A stretch of 20,000 bases of DNA from an uncultured virus (IMG/VR IMGVR_UViG_3300020048_000037) (Duplodnaviria; Heunggongvirae; Uroviricota; Caudoviricetes), in the IMG/VR virus record IMGVR_UViG_3300020048_000037; one strand, given 5' to 3'. The notes under the pieces are model-generated. The model was not told the origin of the DNA. It saw only the letters and a program-made list of their open reading frames with translations, and searched no databases. This document shows positions 1 through 8,620 of this stretch, in pieces. Positions within the stretch are counted from its first letter, which is position 1. The number at the start of each line of letters is the position of its first letter. A program made the position numbers and the translations under genes.

Positions 1-292
1 TTATATTAACTGGCAACAAAAGTTTAAGAAAGAAAATTATACATTATATAAAAAATGTATTTTTTCAGAACCAATTGATAATTTTTTTATATCACCAAGA
101 AGTAAAGAAAAAATTGCTTTTGGCAAAAAAATAAAAATAACTTGTTCAGGTATATCATACTATACATCTAATAAGTTATATATTAACAAACAAGTTAAAT
201 ATTCAACTCACTCATATAAGGATGAAAAAATGTTAGTTAGATTATTGAAAATTAGTGAATTAAAAAATATAGAAAATGAAAGTTACATTTAA
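1..292 (+). CDS. Hypothetical protein, 5'-truncated by the window edge
   Basis: Frame 2 is open from the window start to TAA at 290-292 (...EKMLVRLLKISELKNIENESYI*) and overlaps the start of the next ORF. Not in the supplied track. Confidence 0.7.
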   Translation, partial: YINWQQKFKKENYTLYKKCIFSEPIDNFFISPRSKEKIAFGKKIKITCSGISYYTSNKLYINKQVKYSTHSYKDEKMLVRLLKISELKNIENESYI

Positions 293-617
293 TAAAGTAA
301 ATGATACAAAATTAGAACGAAAAATAAAATTAGAAAATATTTTTAAAAAAAATAAAGATTTTTTTGTTTTTTATAGTTGGGGTACAGAAAATGAATACTA
401 TTATGAAGATATAAGAGATCTTCATTTATTGTGTCTTTCAATATCACTTGATTTACTTAGAAACACATTTAAAACAAATGAAATTGGTAATATTAAATAT
501 GATAATTATATTGAAAATGAAACAGCAATATCTGAGATTCAAAAATTAGGTAATATGATAAAAAAAGATAAAGAAGACAATCCATATAAATATCATCGTA
601 AAAATATTAAAAAATAA
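276..617 (+). CDS. Hypothetical phage protein (113 aa)
   Basis: ORF track; coupled to the upstream ORF; contains ERKIKLENI motif. Confidence 0.75.
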   Translation: MKVTFNKVNDTKLERKIKLENIFKKNKDFFVFYSWGTENEYYYEDIRDLHLLCLSISLDLLRNTFKTNEIGNIKYDNYIENETAISEIQKLGNMIKKDKEDNPYKYHRKNIKK

Positions 618-678
618 ATTTAAATATTAAAAAACATTAAATAACACATAAAAAATATTATCATATTAAAAAAAGATA

Positions 679-686
679 TATCTTTG
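679..686 (+). promoter_or_regulatory. Bacteroidota-type sigma-A promoter, -7 element TATCTTTG
   Basis: Matches TAnnTTTG in an intergenic region, and the same octamer recurs at 4524 and 9323. No clear -33 TTTG here. Confidence 0.55.
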
Positions 687-733
687 TAGTATTATTAAAA
701 TATTATTATTTTCACTCTAAAAAAGTAAATATT

Positions 734-766
734 ATGGAAGATAGTTGTAACTCACCGCCATGGTAA
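734..766 (+). CDS. Small peptide MEDSCNSPPW (10 aa)
   Basis: ATG GAA GAT AGT TGT AAC TCA CCG CCA TGG TAA; paralogous to 836-868 with synonymous codon differences. Confidence 0.5.
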   Translation: MEDSCNSPPW

Positions 767-835
767 GATAAATATAAATATAATAGATAAACAATAAATA
801 TAAACAATAGATACAATTTTAAAGATTTAAGTAAT

Positions 836-868
836 ATGAAAGATAATTGTCATTCTCCACCGAGTTAG
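836..868 (+). CDS. Small peptide MKDNCHSPPS (10 aa)
   Basis: ATG AAA GAT AAT TGT CAT TCT CCA CCG AGT TAG; same length and M-x-D-x-C-x-S-P-P pattern as 734-766. Confidence 0.5.
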   Translation: MKDNCHSPPS

Positions 869-943
869 TAGATAAATATAATATAAATATGATATAATAA
901 AGCCAAAAAAGCAATAAAATATAAATAATAGATATAATGATAA

Positions 944-977
944 AAAAAGCCATTCTTAATAGTAAGAATGGCTTTTT
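944..977. terminator. Bidirectional intrinsic terminator
   Basis: AAAAAGCCATTCTTA-ATAG-TAAGAATGGCTTTTT inverted repeat between convergent units. Confidence 0.85.
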
Positions 978-993
978 CCATTTATTAAAATAT

Positions 994-1431
994 TTATTTA
1001 TTTTTAGCTTTTTCTATGTTTTCTGCAAATTTTTTACCATCTTCTCCTAATTCTCCATTTTTTAAATCATTTAAAACATCTTCATATTCATCTGTAACCA
1101 TATCAACTTCTTTGACAAAATTATCATCCTTTTGTTTTGATTTAAATAATGATGCACCTTTTTCTCCTAGTACTTTAATTTTATTTGCAAATTCTTTACC
1201 GCGATCACCTAATATTGAATTTTTTAATGCAGATATTACTACACCACCTACTGAACTTACAATTCCACCTACAGCAAAAGCTTCAACAGCTAACCCCATA
1301 TAATATGCTGCTTGCATAATAGGTTCTAATCCTGATCCAGCAGAAATTATATCAGAAAATATATTTTCATTTATTTCTTCTTTTTTAATATTTTCATTTA
1401 CAAAATTACCAAAATCTTTTATCTTATTCAT
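994..1431 (-). CDS. Hypothetical, probable virion/internal protein with a central Gly/Ala-rich hydrophobic segment
   Basis: ORF track; N-terminus MNKIKDFGNFVNE resembles the shared N-terminal motif; hydrophobic stretch AVEAFAVGGIVSSVGGVVISAL. Confidence 0.7.
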   Translation of the reverse strand: MNKIKDFGNFVNENIKKEEINENIFSDIISAGSGLEPIMQAAYYMGLAVEAFAVGGIVSSVGGVVISALKNSILGDRGKEFANKIKVLGEKGASLFKSKQKDDNFVKEVDMVTDEYEDVLNDLKNGELGEDGKKFAENIEKAKNK

Positions 1432-1465
1432 AGTCTTTTTTATTTTTTATTTGTATATATAAATT

Positions 1466-1981
1466 TTATATGTTGAATTTATCAACACCAAACATCCATT
1501 CAACTCCTTTTTTAACAACAGAATTTAAATCATCTTCATATAATGTATAATAATGTTTAAAATTAATAGGATCTGATTCTAATAATTCAATAATTTTTTT
1601 ATCTAATTTATTTTTAAAAATGTTTTTATATTTTTTATATATCACATCTTCAATCTTAAATATACTATTACGAAATGATACAGTACTATAATTTAGTTTA
1701 TTATCTATGTTATATCTATCCATAACTTCATAAAAACTATATGAACCAATTTTTTTTTCATAACCAATTAAATTGTTATATACTGTTCTATATTCAAAAT
1801 TAACATGTTCTATTTCATCTAATGTTAACTCATCAATCTTATCTAATATATTTAAATTATTTATATAATTTTCAATAAAGTCAATTAACTTATTAGTTTC
1901 TGCTATTGTTAGGTATTCAAAATTTTTTCTGTTTCTAGACTTATTTTCAAATCTTTGTTCAAATGTTTTTATATACTTCAT
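1466..1981 (-). CDS. Hypothetical protein, MKYIKxFE / KFN[LIV] family
   Basis: Starts MKYIKTFE, ends VDKFNI*. Confidence 0.8.
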   Translation of the reverse strand: MKYIKTFEQRFENKSRNRKNFEYLTIAETNKLIDFIENYINNLNILDKIDELTLDEIEHVNFEYRTVYNNLIGYEKKIGSYSFYEVMDRYNIDNKLNYSTVSFRNSIFKIEDVIYKKYKNIFKNKLDKKIIELLESDPINFKHYYTLYEDDLNSVVKKGVEWMFGVDKFNI

Positions 1982-2316
1982 AAATTAAATTTTTTTGTTT
2001 CTTTTTTCATTTTTAATTCTTCAATGGTTTTACCATATTCTACAATTCTACTAATATCAAACCATCTATAAAAAACTCTACCTTTTTTTAAAAAATAATG
2101 TTCTATATTTTTTGGAACATATTCATATTTAACACTAATATCACTTATATTTATGTTTATATTTAATTCAACTACAATACCTATTGTATTTTCTAAAAAA
2201 TCTTTAATATTGTTCATTATTTCATTTTCTACATAACTATAAAATGGTGGTTTCATTAACACATAATCACCAACACCAATCTTATCAAATTTTTCAAAAA
2301 CTATCAAGTATTTCAT
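1978..2316 (-). CDS. Hypothetical protein, MKYIKxFE / KFN[LIV] family
   Basis: Starts MKYLIVFEKF, ends TKKFNL*; 4-nt overlap with the next gene. Confidence 0.8.
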   Translation of the reverse strand: MKYLIVFEKFDKIGVGDYVLMKPPFYSYVENEIMNNIKDFLENTIGIVVELNININISDISVKYEYVPKNIEHYFLKKGRVFYRWFDISRIVEYGKTIEELKMKKETKKFNL

Positions 2317-2411
2317 GTTTTATATATTATTTTTTATTAATCGTTTTTTTATATCAAATATTTTTTATATATTTATAATTATATAATTAAATAATAAAAA
2401 TAATATTAAAT

Positions 2412-2636
2412 ATGAAAAGACTTAAAAATTATTTAAATGAGCTGTCACCTAAAAATTGGACAAGAGAATATACAGGTATTTATACATTAACTATATGGGT
2501 ATCAATATTATGCTTATTGTTATTATTACGTTATACATCTAATTATACACCAAGTATGTCTGATGTATTAATAATGATAATATTTACTTTTGCAGGAATG
2601 TTAACAGGATATTTTTTTGGTAAACACATGAAATGA
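2412..2636 (+). CDS. Small membrane protein (2 predicted TM helices)
   Basis: Two hydrophobic stretches; ATGA overlap with the downstream gene. Confidence 0.7.
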   Translation: MKRLKNYLNELSPKNWTREYTGIYTLTIWVSILCLLLLLRYTSNYTPSMSDVLIMIIFTFAGMLTGYFFGKHMK

Positions 2637-3448
2637 AAATACAAGAAATAACAGATAAAATAATAAAAAGAATATCAGATTATGTTGAATTTGATATATA
2701 TGAAGCATTTGATCAATCAGACTATATAACCATATATGGTGGTGCTGTGAGAGATAGTATAGCAGGCTTAGATATTCACGATGTTGATATTCTTTGTATG
2801 TCAGAATCCGCAATAGCACTTAGAAATTATATAGTTGAACATTGTGGTTATAAAAATCTAGATTTATATGATTTAGATTCTATTAATATGTACAAAGGAA
2901 TATCATTAATATCAGAGCCTTGGACATTTATAAATAGTAACAATAAAATTATACAAATTATCAGACCAAATTATACTCATTGTAATGGTATTATTACAAA
3001 TTATAATAATTATAATAATATTACTAGTTCTTATATTAAATCATATGTTGATTTGATAAAAAATGTTGATTTATCATGTTGTGGTGTTTATATAGAAAAA
3101 ATAGATATGTCAATTGATAATTCAAATAATAAAAAAAGAATAATACTTAAAGAATCATGTAAAAATGCTATATCTCATTGTTTATCTAAATCATTTGAAA
3201 TTAATAATTGGGCAAAATTATATAATCAAGAAAGAACATTATATAGAGAATGGAAATTAGAAAATAGAGGTTGGTTTAATTTATATCCTACAAAATTTGG
3301 GCATAATCAAAACAATAATATATTAAAACACAATAGACACATTAAAATATCTCTATTAGAATTAGAGTCAGATTATAATTATAAAATGTGGACAGATTAT
3401 GAATATTCAAAGCACGAAAAAAAGACAAATATAGATTATCCTTTTTAA
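2633..3448 (+). CDS. Nucleotidyltransferase, poly(A) polymerase/CCA-adding-enzyme head-domain-like
   Basis: Signature IYGGAVRDSIAGLDIHDVDIL (GGxVRD...DxD) and later VDLSCCGV (D[FL][TS]xx-like). Confidence 0.8.
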   Translation: MKIQEITDKIIKRISDYVEFDIYEAFDQSDYITIYGGAVRDSIAGLDIHDVDILCMSESAIALRNYIVEHCGYKNLDLYDLDSINMYKGISLISEPWTFINSNNKIIQIIRPNYTHCNGIITNYNNYNNITSSYIKSYVDLIKNVDLSCCGVYIEKIDMSIDNSNNKKRIILKESCKNAISHCLSKSFEINNWAKLYNQERTLYREWKLENRGWFNLYPTKFGHNQNNNILKHNRHIKISLLELESDYNYKMWTDYEYSKHEKKTNIDYPF

Positions 3449-3468
3449 ATAAAAAATAAAAATAAAAA

Positions 3469-4122
3469 ATGACAGATTATAGTAAATTAAAATGGGGTAA
3501 TATAGATGAACGTTCTATTAATTCAATGACGAATGAACTTTTAGATAATGTATATGAAAGATATTTCAAAGTAGAAAAAAATGACATAGTTGTTGATATC
3601 GGTGCATTTATTGGAGGATTCACATATTCAATATTAGATAGAAAACCTGAACATTGTTGGGTAGTAGAGCCAGTTGAAGAGCATTTCAGAATATTATATG
3701 AAAATCTTAAAGGAAATCCAGTATCTTTTGTAAGAGGTGCAATTTCAGATAAAAACACAGAAGTTATAAAATGGTGTGGTTATGAAAGTGATTCACCAGG
3801 AATAAATTTTAAGAATTTTATAAAAAATAACTGTATTGATAAAATAGATTTTCTTAAAGTGGATTGTGAAGGTGGAGAGTATTTCATATTCACAGAAGAA
3901 AATTTACATTACTTAAAAAATAATGTTAATAAATTTTCAGGAGAATTTCATCTATTCAACTTAGAATTAAAAGAAAAATTTAGATATTTCAGAGACAATA
4001 TACTTATCAAATTTGATAATTATAATATCACATCTTATGATGGAGTAGATATCAAATGGGATATATTTAATGAACATTTCATAGAATATTATTCAGAAAT
4101 AATAATACATATTAAAAACTAA
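3469..4122 (+). CDS. FkbM family SAM-dependent methyltransferase
   Basis: VVDIGAFIG (SAM-binding motif I), VVEP, and IDFLKVDCEGGE typical of FkbM/Methyltransf_21. Confidence 0.9.
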   Translation: MTDYSKLKWGNIDERSINSMTNELLDNVYERYFKVEKNDIVVDIGAFIGGFTYSILDRKPEHCWVVEPVEEHFRILYENLKGNPVSFVRGAISDKNTEVIKWCGYESDSPGINFKNFIKNNCIDKIDFLKVDCEGGEYFIFTEENLHYLKNNVNKFSGEFHLFNLELKEKFRYFRDNILIKFDNYNITSYDGVDIKWDIFNEHFIEYYSEIIIHIKN

Positions 4123-4127
4123 AAACT

Positions 4128-4457
4128 ATGACTAAAATTGAAGAAATACAAAAAGAAATAGAATACAAAAAAATAGCAATTAAAGAATTGGAAAAGCTAA
4201 AAAAATTAGAGATAAGACATTTAGCAGTTAAAGATTTATCTGAATTTACAATGCAAGAAAAATGTGAAAAATTTGATAAATTATACAATCTTGCGTTATC
4301 TGTATTAACAGAAGCAGAAACTAATAAATATTTTGATGAAAATGAATCTCATTTTGATGAGAATGATTTTTTTGAAATAATAGCACGTGATGAAACTACA
4401 TTTTGGGAATATTGTAATTCTCTTGAAGATGATGAAGATGATGATGAAGATGATTAA
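4128..4457 (+). CDS. Hypothetical protein with N-terminal coiled coil and acidic tail
   Basis: ORF track; ends EDDEDDDEDD; followed by a terminator. Confidence 0.8.
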   Translation: MTKIEEIQKEIEYKKIAIKELEKLKKLEIRHLAVKDLSEFTMQEKCEKFDKLYNLALSVLTEAETNKYFDENESHFDENDFFEIIARDETTFWEYCNSLEDDEDDDEDD

Positions 4458-4473
4458 AATATTAAAAAAACAT

Positions 4474-4504
4474 AAAAGTCAAACAAATATGTTTGACTTT
4501 TTTT
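4474..4504 (+). terminator. Intrinsic terminator
   Basis: AAAAGTCAAACA-AATA-TGTTTGACTTTT followed by a T-run. Confidence 0.85.
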
Positions 4505-4531
4505 GTATATGAATAATTATAACTATCTTTG
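4502..4531 (+). promoter_or_regulatory. Bacteroidota-type promoter TTTG-N18-TATCTTTG
   Basis: -33 TTTG at 4502-4505 and -7 TATCTTTG at 4524-4531, directly after a terminator and heading a co-oriented gene run. Confidence 0.75.
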
Positions 4532-4535
4532 CACT

Positions 4536-4811
4536 ATGAAAACAAAGTATATAGAACATCTAATTGAATTATCAGAAAAGAAAACATCTCTTTTAAGAGA
4601 ATTAAAAGAATCTGTTATATATGAAGAAAAAATATATGATTTAATTCGTTTCGATATGGGGTTTCAAAAAAATTATGTATTATATCTTATATCAGGTAAA
4701 AAAGAATTAAAATCAGGTAGGATATCAGATATTAAATCATATATAAGATTACGTAATATTGACATCAAAACTATACACAACAATAATGTTTTATTAACAA
4801 TAGATAATTAA
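4536..4811 (+). CDS. Hypothetical protein (start revised to ATG 4536, MKTKYIEHL..., probably leaderless)
   Basis: The track start at 4503 is a TTG inside the terminator/promoter; the in-frame ATG lies 4 nt after the -7 element. Confidence 0.7.
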   Translation: MKTKYIEHLIELSEKKTSLLRELKESVIYEEKIYDLIRFDMGFQKNYVLYLISGKKELKSGRISDIKSYIRLRNIDIKTIHNNNVLLTIDN

Positions 4812-4813
4812 TT

Positions 4814-5599
4814 ATGACTCAAGTAGAAAAAATACACAAGGAAATTGATACTGCTCAAGATAGATTATTAAATCAAGTTATAATACTCATATCTACAAAT
4901 GAAATATCAGAAAATCTAAAAACTAAAGCAGAAAGATTAAAGAATTCAGGATTTATTAATAGTGAATTGGTACGTACTTTTGAACAAAAAAATACACAAT
5001 TAGTAATAACAAAAAATCAAGCTAATATTATTAATCATTATAAAAATGATTATCCTGGATATAAATTCTTAACTGAAACAGAATTTGACAGAATATGTAA
5101 AAAGTATAATCTAATTTATGCACCTATTTCAAATTATATTAAGGATATACCTGATGACAATTTGAGAGATATTGAAAATATTATTCCACTAAATAATAAT
5201 GATATTTCTAAATCTTTTTATAAATATACTAATTTACGTAAATGGCGAAAAGGTGTAACAAAAGAAGCAAAAAATTGGATAATAAACTTAGAATCAACAT
5301 ATCACTTAACAGAAGAAGAAGCATCAAGTATGTGTCCATTTAAATTTGAGTCATATAATAATTGGTTCACAGCAGTAGATTGGGTATCAACTAAATTTGA
5401 AAGAGATGGATTATTCATTGCTGCACCTAAATCTCATTTTAATATCAAAGGATTAAAAAAGAATAAAAAAGGATGGTTTAATGTATCTTTTATTGTTGAA
5501 CCAAAAGATCCAATAGTATTTAGATATGTTAATAGTGGAATACAAGTTATTACTAAATGGGGAGATGAAGCTAATGATCCAAATTTAATTATATTTTAA
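4814..5599 (+). CDS. Hypothetical phage protein (261 aa)
   Basis: ORF track; GLFIAAP and PKDPIVF...ITKWGDEA motifs recall an uncharacterised phage protein family (from memory, not searched). Confidence 0.8.
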   Translation: MTQVEKIHKEIDTAQDRLLNQVIILISTNEISENLKTKAERLKNSGFINSELVRTFEQKNTQLVITKNQANIINHYKNDYPGYKFLTETEFDRICKKYNLIYAPISNYIKDIPDDNLRDIENIIPLNNNDISKSFYKYTNLRKWRKGVTKEAKNWIINLESTYHLTEEEASSMCPFKFESYNNWFTAVDWVSTKFERDGLFIAAPKSHFNIKGLKKNKKGWFNVSFIVEPKDPIVFRYVNSGIQVITKWGDEANDPNLIIF

Positions 5600-5610
5600 T
5601 ATAACAGAAA

Positions 5611-5883
5611 ATGAAGATTAATTTTAGTTTTGATTATTGTATAGATAATGCTATATTAATAGATTACGTATCACAAAATTCTGGAATAGAATGGGATGAT
5701 GTGTGTGAAATGGAAAGTATATATCGTCATTCTAATAATTTTGAAACACCAATAGCATATCCTTTAATTGAATTAGGAGAAAGTGATTGTTCAACATTTC
5801 AATATTGGGTGGAACAATTTTTAAAAGAATATAAAAAAGAGATAGGAGATAAAACAGTTTATTCATTATTTATAAATTACTAA
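5611..5883 (+). CDS. Hypothetical protein (90 aa, acidic)
   Basis: ORF track; operon spacing. Confidence 0.75.
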   Translation: MKINFSFDYCIDNAILIDYVSQNSGIEWDDVCEMESIYRHSNNFETPIAYPLIELGESDCSTFQYWVEQFLKEYKKEIGDKTVYSLFINY

Positions 5884-5895
5884 AATATTAAAGTT

Positions 5896-6258
5896 ATGAA
5901 AGTAAGTTTCGAAAAAGTTAGTGCTATTGCACTTGATGAAGTATCAAAATTAAAATATATTTATTTTGATCAAATGACAGGATTAATTGGTACTATATTA
6001 AACAATTCAGGAGTTGAAAAAATAAATCCAATACCTGAAGATTATTTTATTGCTATTAAAAATGCTATTTGTGATGAATTTCATGGTGGTATGGAGCCAG
6101 AATTTGATACAAAGGAAGCGTTTGAGAATTGGTTGAATATGAATTCAGAACACTACTTCTATATTACAACAGAAGAAAGAAAACTCATGGATAATACATG
6201 GAGCCAACAATCTCCATACAGAGATAAAAACATACCATATTTATTTCACAAAAAATAA
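5896..6258 (+). CDS. Hypothetical protein (120 aa)
   Basis: ORF track; operon spacing. Confidence 0.8.
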   Translation: MKVSFEKVSAIALDEVSKLKYIYFDQMTGLIGTILNNSGVEKINPIPEDYFIAIKNAICDEFHGGMEPEFDTKEAFENWLNMNSEHYFYITTEERKLMDNTWSQQSPYRDKNIPYLFHKK

Positions 6259-6267
6259 ATTCATTTA

Positions 6268-6867
6268 ATGGCAAGCATAAAATTAACAAATAAGCAACTC
6301 AGACTTATTCAAAAATCATTGGATTTATATTCTCGAATTGGAATTCTACAATTAGACGAAATATTATCAGTACCTACTATTGATAATTTTTTATACAAGC
6401 AATTCACGCCAAATAAAGAACTACAAGTTGGTGATAATACAACAAGAGGTAAAATTGTTGAAATCGGAGAAGATTTCATAAAAACTGAAGGTACATGGAG
6501 TAATGGTATTGAAATAAAAACATGGAATGATATTGACAAAATAAGATTATCTCCTGATTATGGAATGTTACATGAAACTAGTGATAAAATAAAAACTAAA
6601 CTAAACGAAATAAAAGTATTAATAACAGGTGATAATCAATTCTATAACGCATATACTGGGATATATGGTAGTACTACTGATAATTCTTGTAGAGAAGCAT
6701 TTGATATGATACAATATATAAGACATGAATTTTGGAAAGCAGATCCAAATCATTCTAATATAACAGTAGACTCCAGTATAACTAAATCTTCAATTGATAT
6801 GCCAATTATTGTTAAATTAGATAATAATCAAGATAATAGAAAAGAAAAACTACACAATTTAAAGTAA
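6268..6867 (+). CDS. Hypothetical protein (199 aa)
   Basis: ORF track; ends DNRKEKLHNLK. Confidence 0.8.
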   Translation: MASIKLTNKQLRLIQKSLDLYSRIGILQLDEILSVPTIDNFLYKQFTPNKELQVGDNTTRGKIVEIGEDFIKTEGTWSNGIEIKTWNDIDKIRLSPDYGMLHETSDKIKTKLNEIKVLITGDNQFYNAYTGIYGSTTDNSCREAFDMIQYIRHEFWKADPNHSNITVDSSITKSSIDMPIIVKLDNNQDNRKEKLHNLK

Positions 6868-6871
6868 AAAT

Positions 6872-7300
6872 ATGGATTTAATTTTTTTGTTATCTTTAGG
6901 ATTATTTTTTGGATATGAACTACATAAATTAGTAAAATTTGATTTTTTTTATAGAATTTTTTGTATATCATCAGATTATGGAAAAGAAATAGTGAAAAAA
7001 CAAAATTCTGTAGCATTAAAAGAAATACTAAAACAGTCTATTGTTAATTTATACTATACTATAGTTATTTTTTATGGTTTATTTACTACTAATAATTATT
7101 ACTTGTTCTTCATTTTAATTTTAATCGGAATAATTACATCTTTTATTTTTAAAAAAATAAAAATAAGTTGGTTTAGAAAAACAATAAAAATAATAGATGG
7201 TATTTTATCTATTTCAATATTATTAATATTGATAATAAACTTACTTTTTTATAATATGACTGATGCACAGTTATTAACTAAATTTATGAATATAATTTAA
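6872..7300 (+). CDS. Integral membrane protein (about 4 TM segments)
   Basis: Several long hydrophobic segments. Confidence 0.75.
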   Translation: MDLIFLLSLGLFFGYELHKLVKFDFFYRIFCISSDYGKEIVKKQNSVALKEILKQSIVNLYYTIVIFYGLFTTNNYYLFFILILIGIITSFIFKKIKISWFRKTIKIIDGILSISILLILIINLLFYNMTDAQLLTKFMNII

Positions 7301-7401
7301 TGAATATAAATACAGAACAAATAATACAAACATATTTAGTAGACTTACAACAAGATATAGTAAGTAGAGTTAAATATGTCAAATCTTTAGAATTAGTATG
7401 A
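7300..7401 (+). CDS. Small ORF MNINTEQIIQTYLVDLQQDIVSRVKYVKSLELV (33 aa)
   Basis: Fills the gap exactly, with TAATG overlap upstream and ATGA overlap downstream. Below the track length cutoff. Confidence 0.55.
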   Translation: MNINTEQIIQTYLVDLQQDIVSRVKYVKSLELV

Positions 7402-8135
7402 TGTCAGACAAAAAAACATGTTATCAAAAACCATTATCAGTAATTTGTATAAAATCAAATAATACAAAATTAATAATAGGTGCAAAATATTTAGCAACAA
7501 CAATGTATTACGTATATAATAGTAATGTTAAAAAAGTTGCAATAAAAAATGTTGGTAATTATACTGCTGATTCTTTTACATTAGAAACTGGAGAACCATT
7601 AATTGATTTAGATGTATTTTTTGTTAATAGTGCTAAAGACTTAGATATAGAAAATAATAATTATGTAGGTAAACTTGTTAGATGCCGTTATAGTGATAGT
7701 AAAATATTAAAAAATGGACAAATATATTATGTTGAAGAACAATTTATAGATAGAACAAAAAAATACCTTAGTTATTATATAAAAATTAAAGGTGTCAAAC
7801 ATAAAATTCAGTCATATAATTTTGAAGAACTACCTGTTTCTGAACAAAGAGCAATAAAAATAAAAAATATAGCAGGAGATAAACTAAAAACAACAGAAAC
7901 AACACGAAAATTTTTACTTTATACTGAAATTGAAAAAACTGAAATTTTATTAAAATCACTATTATTAATATTATCAGATATTAATAAAATAGAAAATCTA
8001 GATAAATTAAATATTGATATAATTCAACTAATAAAAAATAAATGTAAAAAATATAACGTCATAGAAGATGATATTTATATTTTTCTAAAAAATGATATAA
8101 AATCAATAATTGATTTGTATGGTATAAAAATATAG
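7398..8135 (+). CDS. Hypothetical protein (245 aa) with two short beta-rich repeats
   Basis: VICIKSNNTKLIIGAKY and VRCRYSDSKILKNGQIYYV resemble each other; contains EQRAIKIKNI. Confidence 0.75.
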   Translation: MMSDKKTCYQKPLSVICIKSNNTKLIIGAKYLATTMYYVYNSNVKKVAIKNVGNYTADSFTLETGEPLIDLDVFFVNSAKDLDIENNNYVGKLVRCRYSDSKILKNGQIYYVEEQFIDRTKKYLSYYIKIKGVKHKIQSYNFEELPVSEQRAIKIKNIAGDKLKTTETTRKFLLYTEIEKTEILLKSLLLILSDINKIENLDKLNIDIIQLIKNKCKKYNVIEDDIYIFLKNDIKSIIDLYGIKI

Positions 8136-8171
8136 AATTTAAAAAATAATATATACAAATAAAAAATAACT

Positions 8172-8450
8172 ATGAAGTATATTAAAAAATTTGAATTTTT
8201 AGAATTTGATATACCAGAGAAAATTAAAAAATTGGCTATCGAATTAGATTTTAAATTTAGAACAACAACAAAAGAAGATATGAAAAATAAGACTATCTTC
8301 CAAATAATAAAAGAACTTGGCTTTGATAGTGGAGAATTAAGTGGAGTTGAACTAGGGCAAATTCTAATGTATCAGATGAAATTCAATAAAATGACTGATA
8401 ATGAATTCTTAAAATTCTATAATAATTATAAAAAAAATCCTGAAATTTAA
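8172..8450 (+). CDS. Hypothetical protein with MKYIKKFE N-terminal motif
   Basis: ORF track; preceded by AATATATAC. Confidence 0.75.
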   Translation: MKYIKKFEFLEFDIPEKIKKLAIELDFKFRTTTKEDMKNKTIFQIIKELGFDSGELSGVELGQILMYQMKFNKMTDNEFLKFYNNYKKNPEI

Positions 8451-8466
8451 ATTTCAGGATTTTTTT
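8431..8466. terminator. Bidirectional terminator (perfect 36-bp palindrome) closing the tRNA operon
   Basis: AAAAAAATCCTGAAATTT|AAATTTCAGGATTTTTTT between the convergent CDS and the tRNA cluster. Confidence 0.85.
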
Positions 8467-8467
8467 G

Positions 8468-8538
8468 TTCCATTGTATAGATTCAAACTATACCTCTAAC
8501 ATTCAATGTGTTATGTGCTATCGCTACACCACAAGGAA
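8468..8538 (-). tRNA. trnQ: tRNA-Gln(TTG), atypical (A33, A19:U56, one acceptor-stem mismatch)
   Basis: Minus strand folds TTCCTTG-TG-GTGT-AGCGATA-GCAC-A-TAACA-CATTGAA-TGTTA-GAGG-TATAG-TTTGAAT-CTATA-CAATGGA-A; anticodon at 8504-8506. Confidence 0.7.
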
Positions 8539-8548
8539 ATATAAAATG

Positions 8549-8619
8549 TTCTTACTCTAAGATTCGAACTTAGTCACTCATTTTCAGATGATGAGATGCT
8601 ACCATTACATCAAGAAAGA
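8549..8619 (-). tRNA. trnQ: tRNA-Gln(CTG)
   Basis: TCTTTCT-TG-ATGT-AATGGTA-GCAT-C-TCATC-ATCTGAA-AATGA-GTGA-CTAAG-TTCGAAT-CTTAG-AGTAAGA-A; U1:A72; C31/A39 mismatch; anticodon at 8585-8587. Confidence 0.75.
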
Positions 8620-8620
8620 G

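Noticed and set aside
1016..1303. Opposite-strand ORFs in the track (1016-1303, 2601-2819, 3477-3758, 6309-6539, 6828-7016, 12438-12641, 12786-13043, 14054-14236, 14248-14577, 16261-16539, 17060-17242, 17924-18109)
   Set aside because: They are antisense shadows of better-supported genes, with S/F/L/I-rich composition typical of reverse-frame translations and no motifs.
4425..4454. GAT/GAA repeat run
   Set aside because: It simply encodes the acidic C-terminal tail EDDEDDDEDD; no independent DNA-level function is evident.
4503..4535. N-terminal extension MYMNNYNYLCT of the track ORF 4503-4811
   Set aside because: It overlaps the terminator T-run and the promoter elements; ATG 4536 is the more plausible start.
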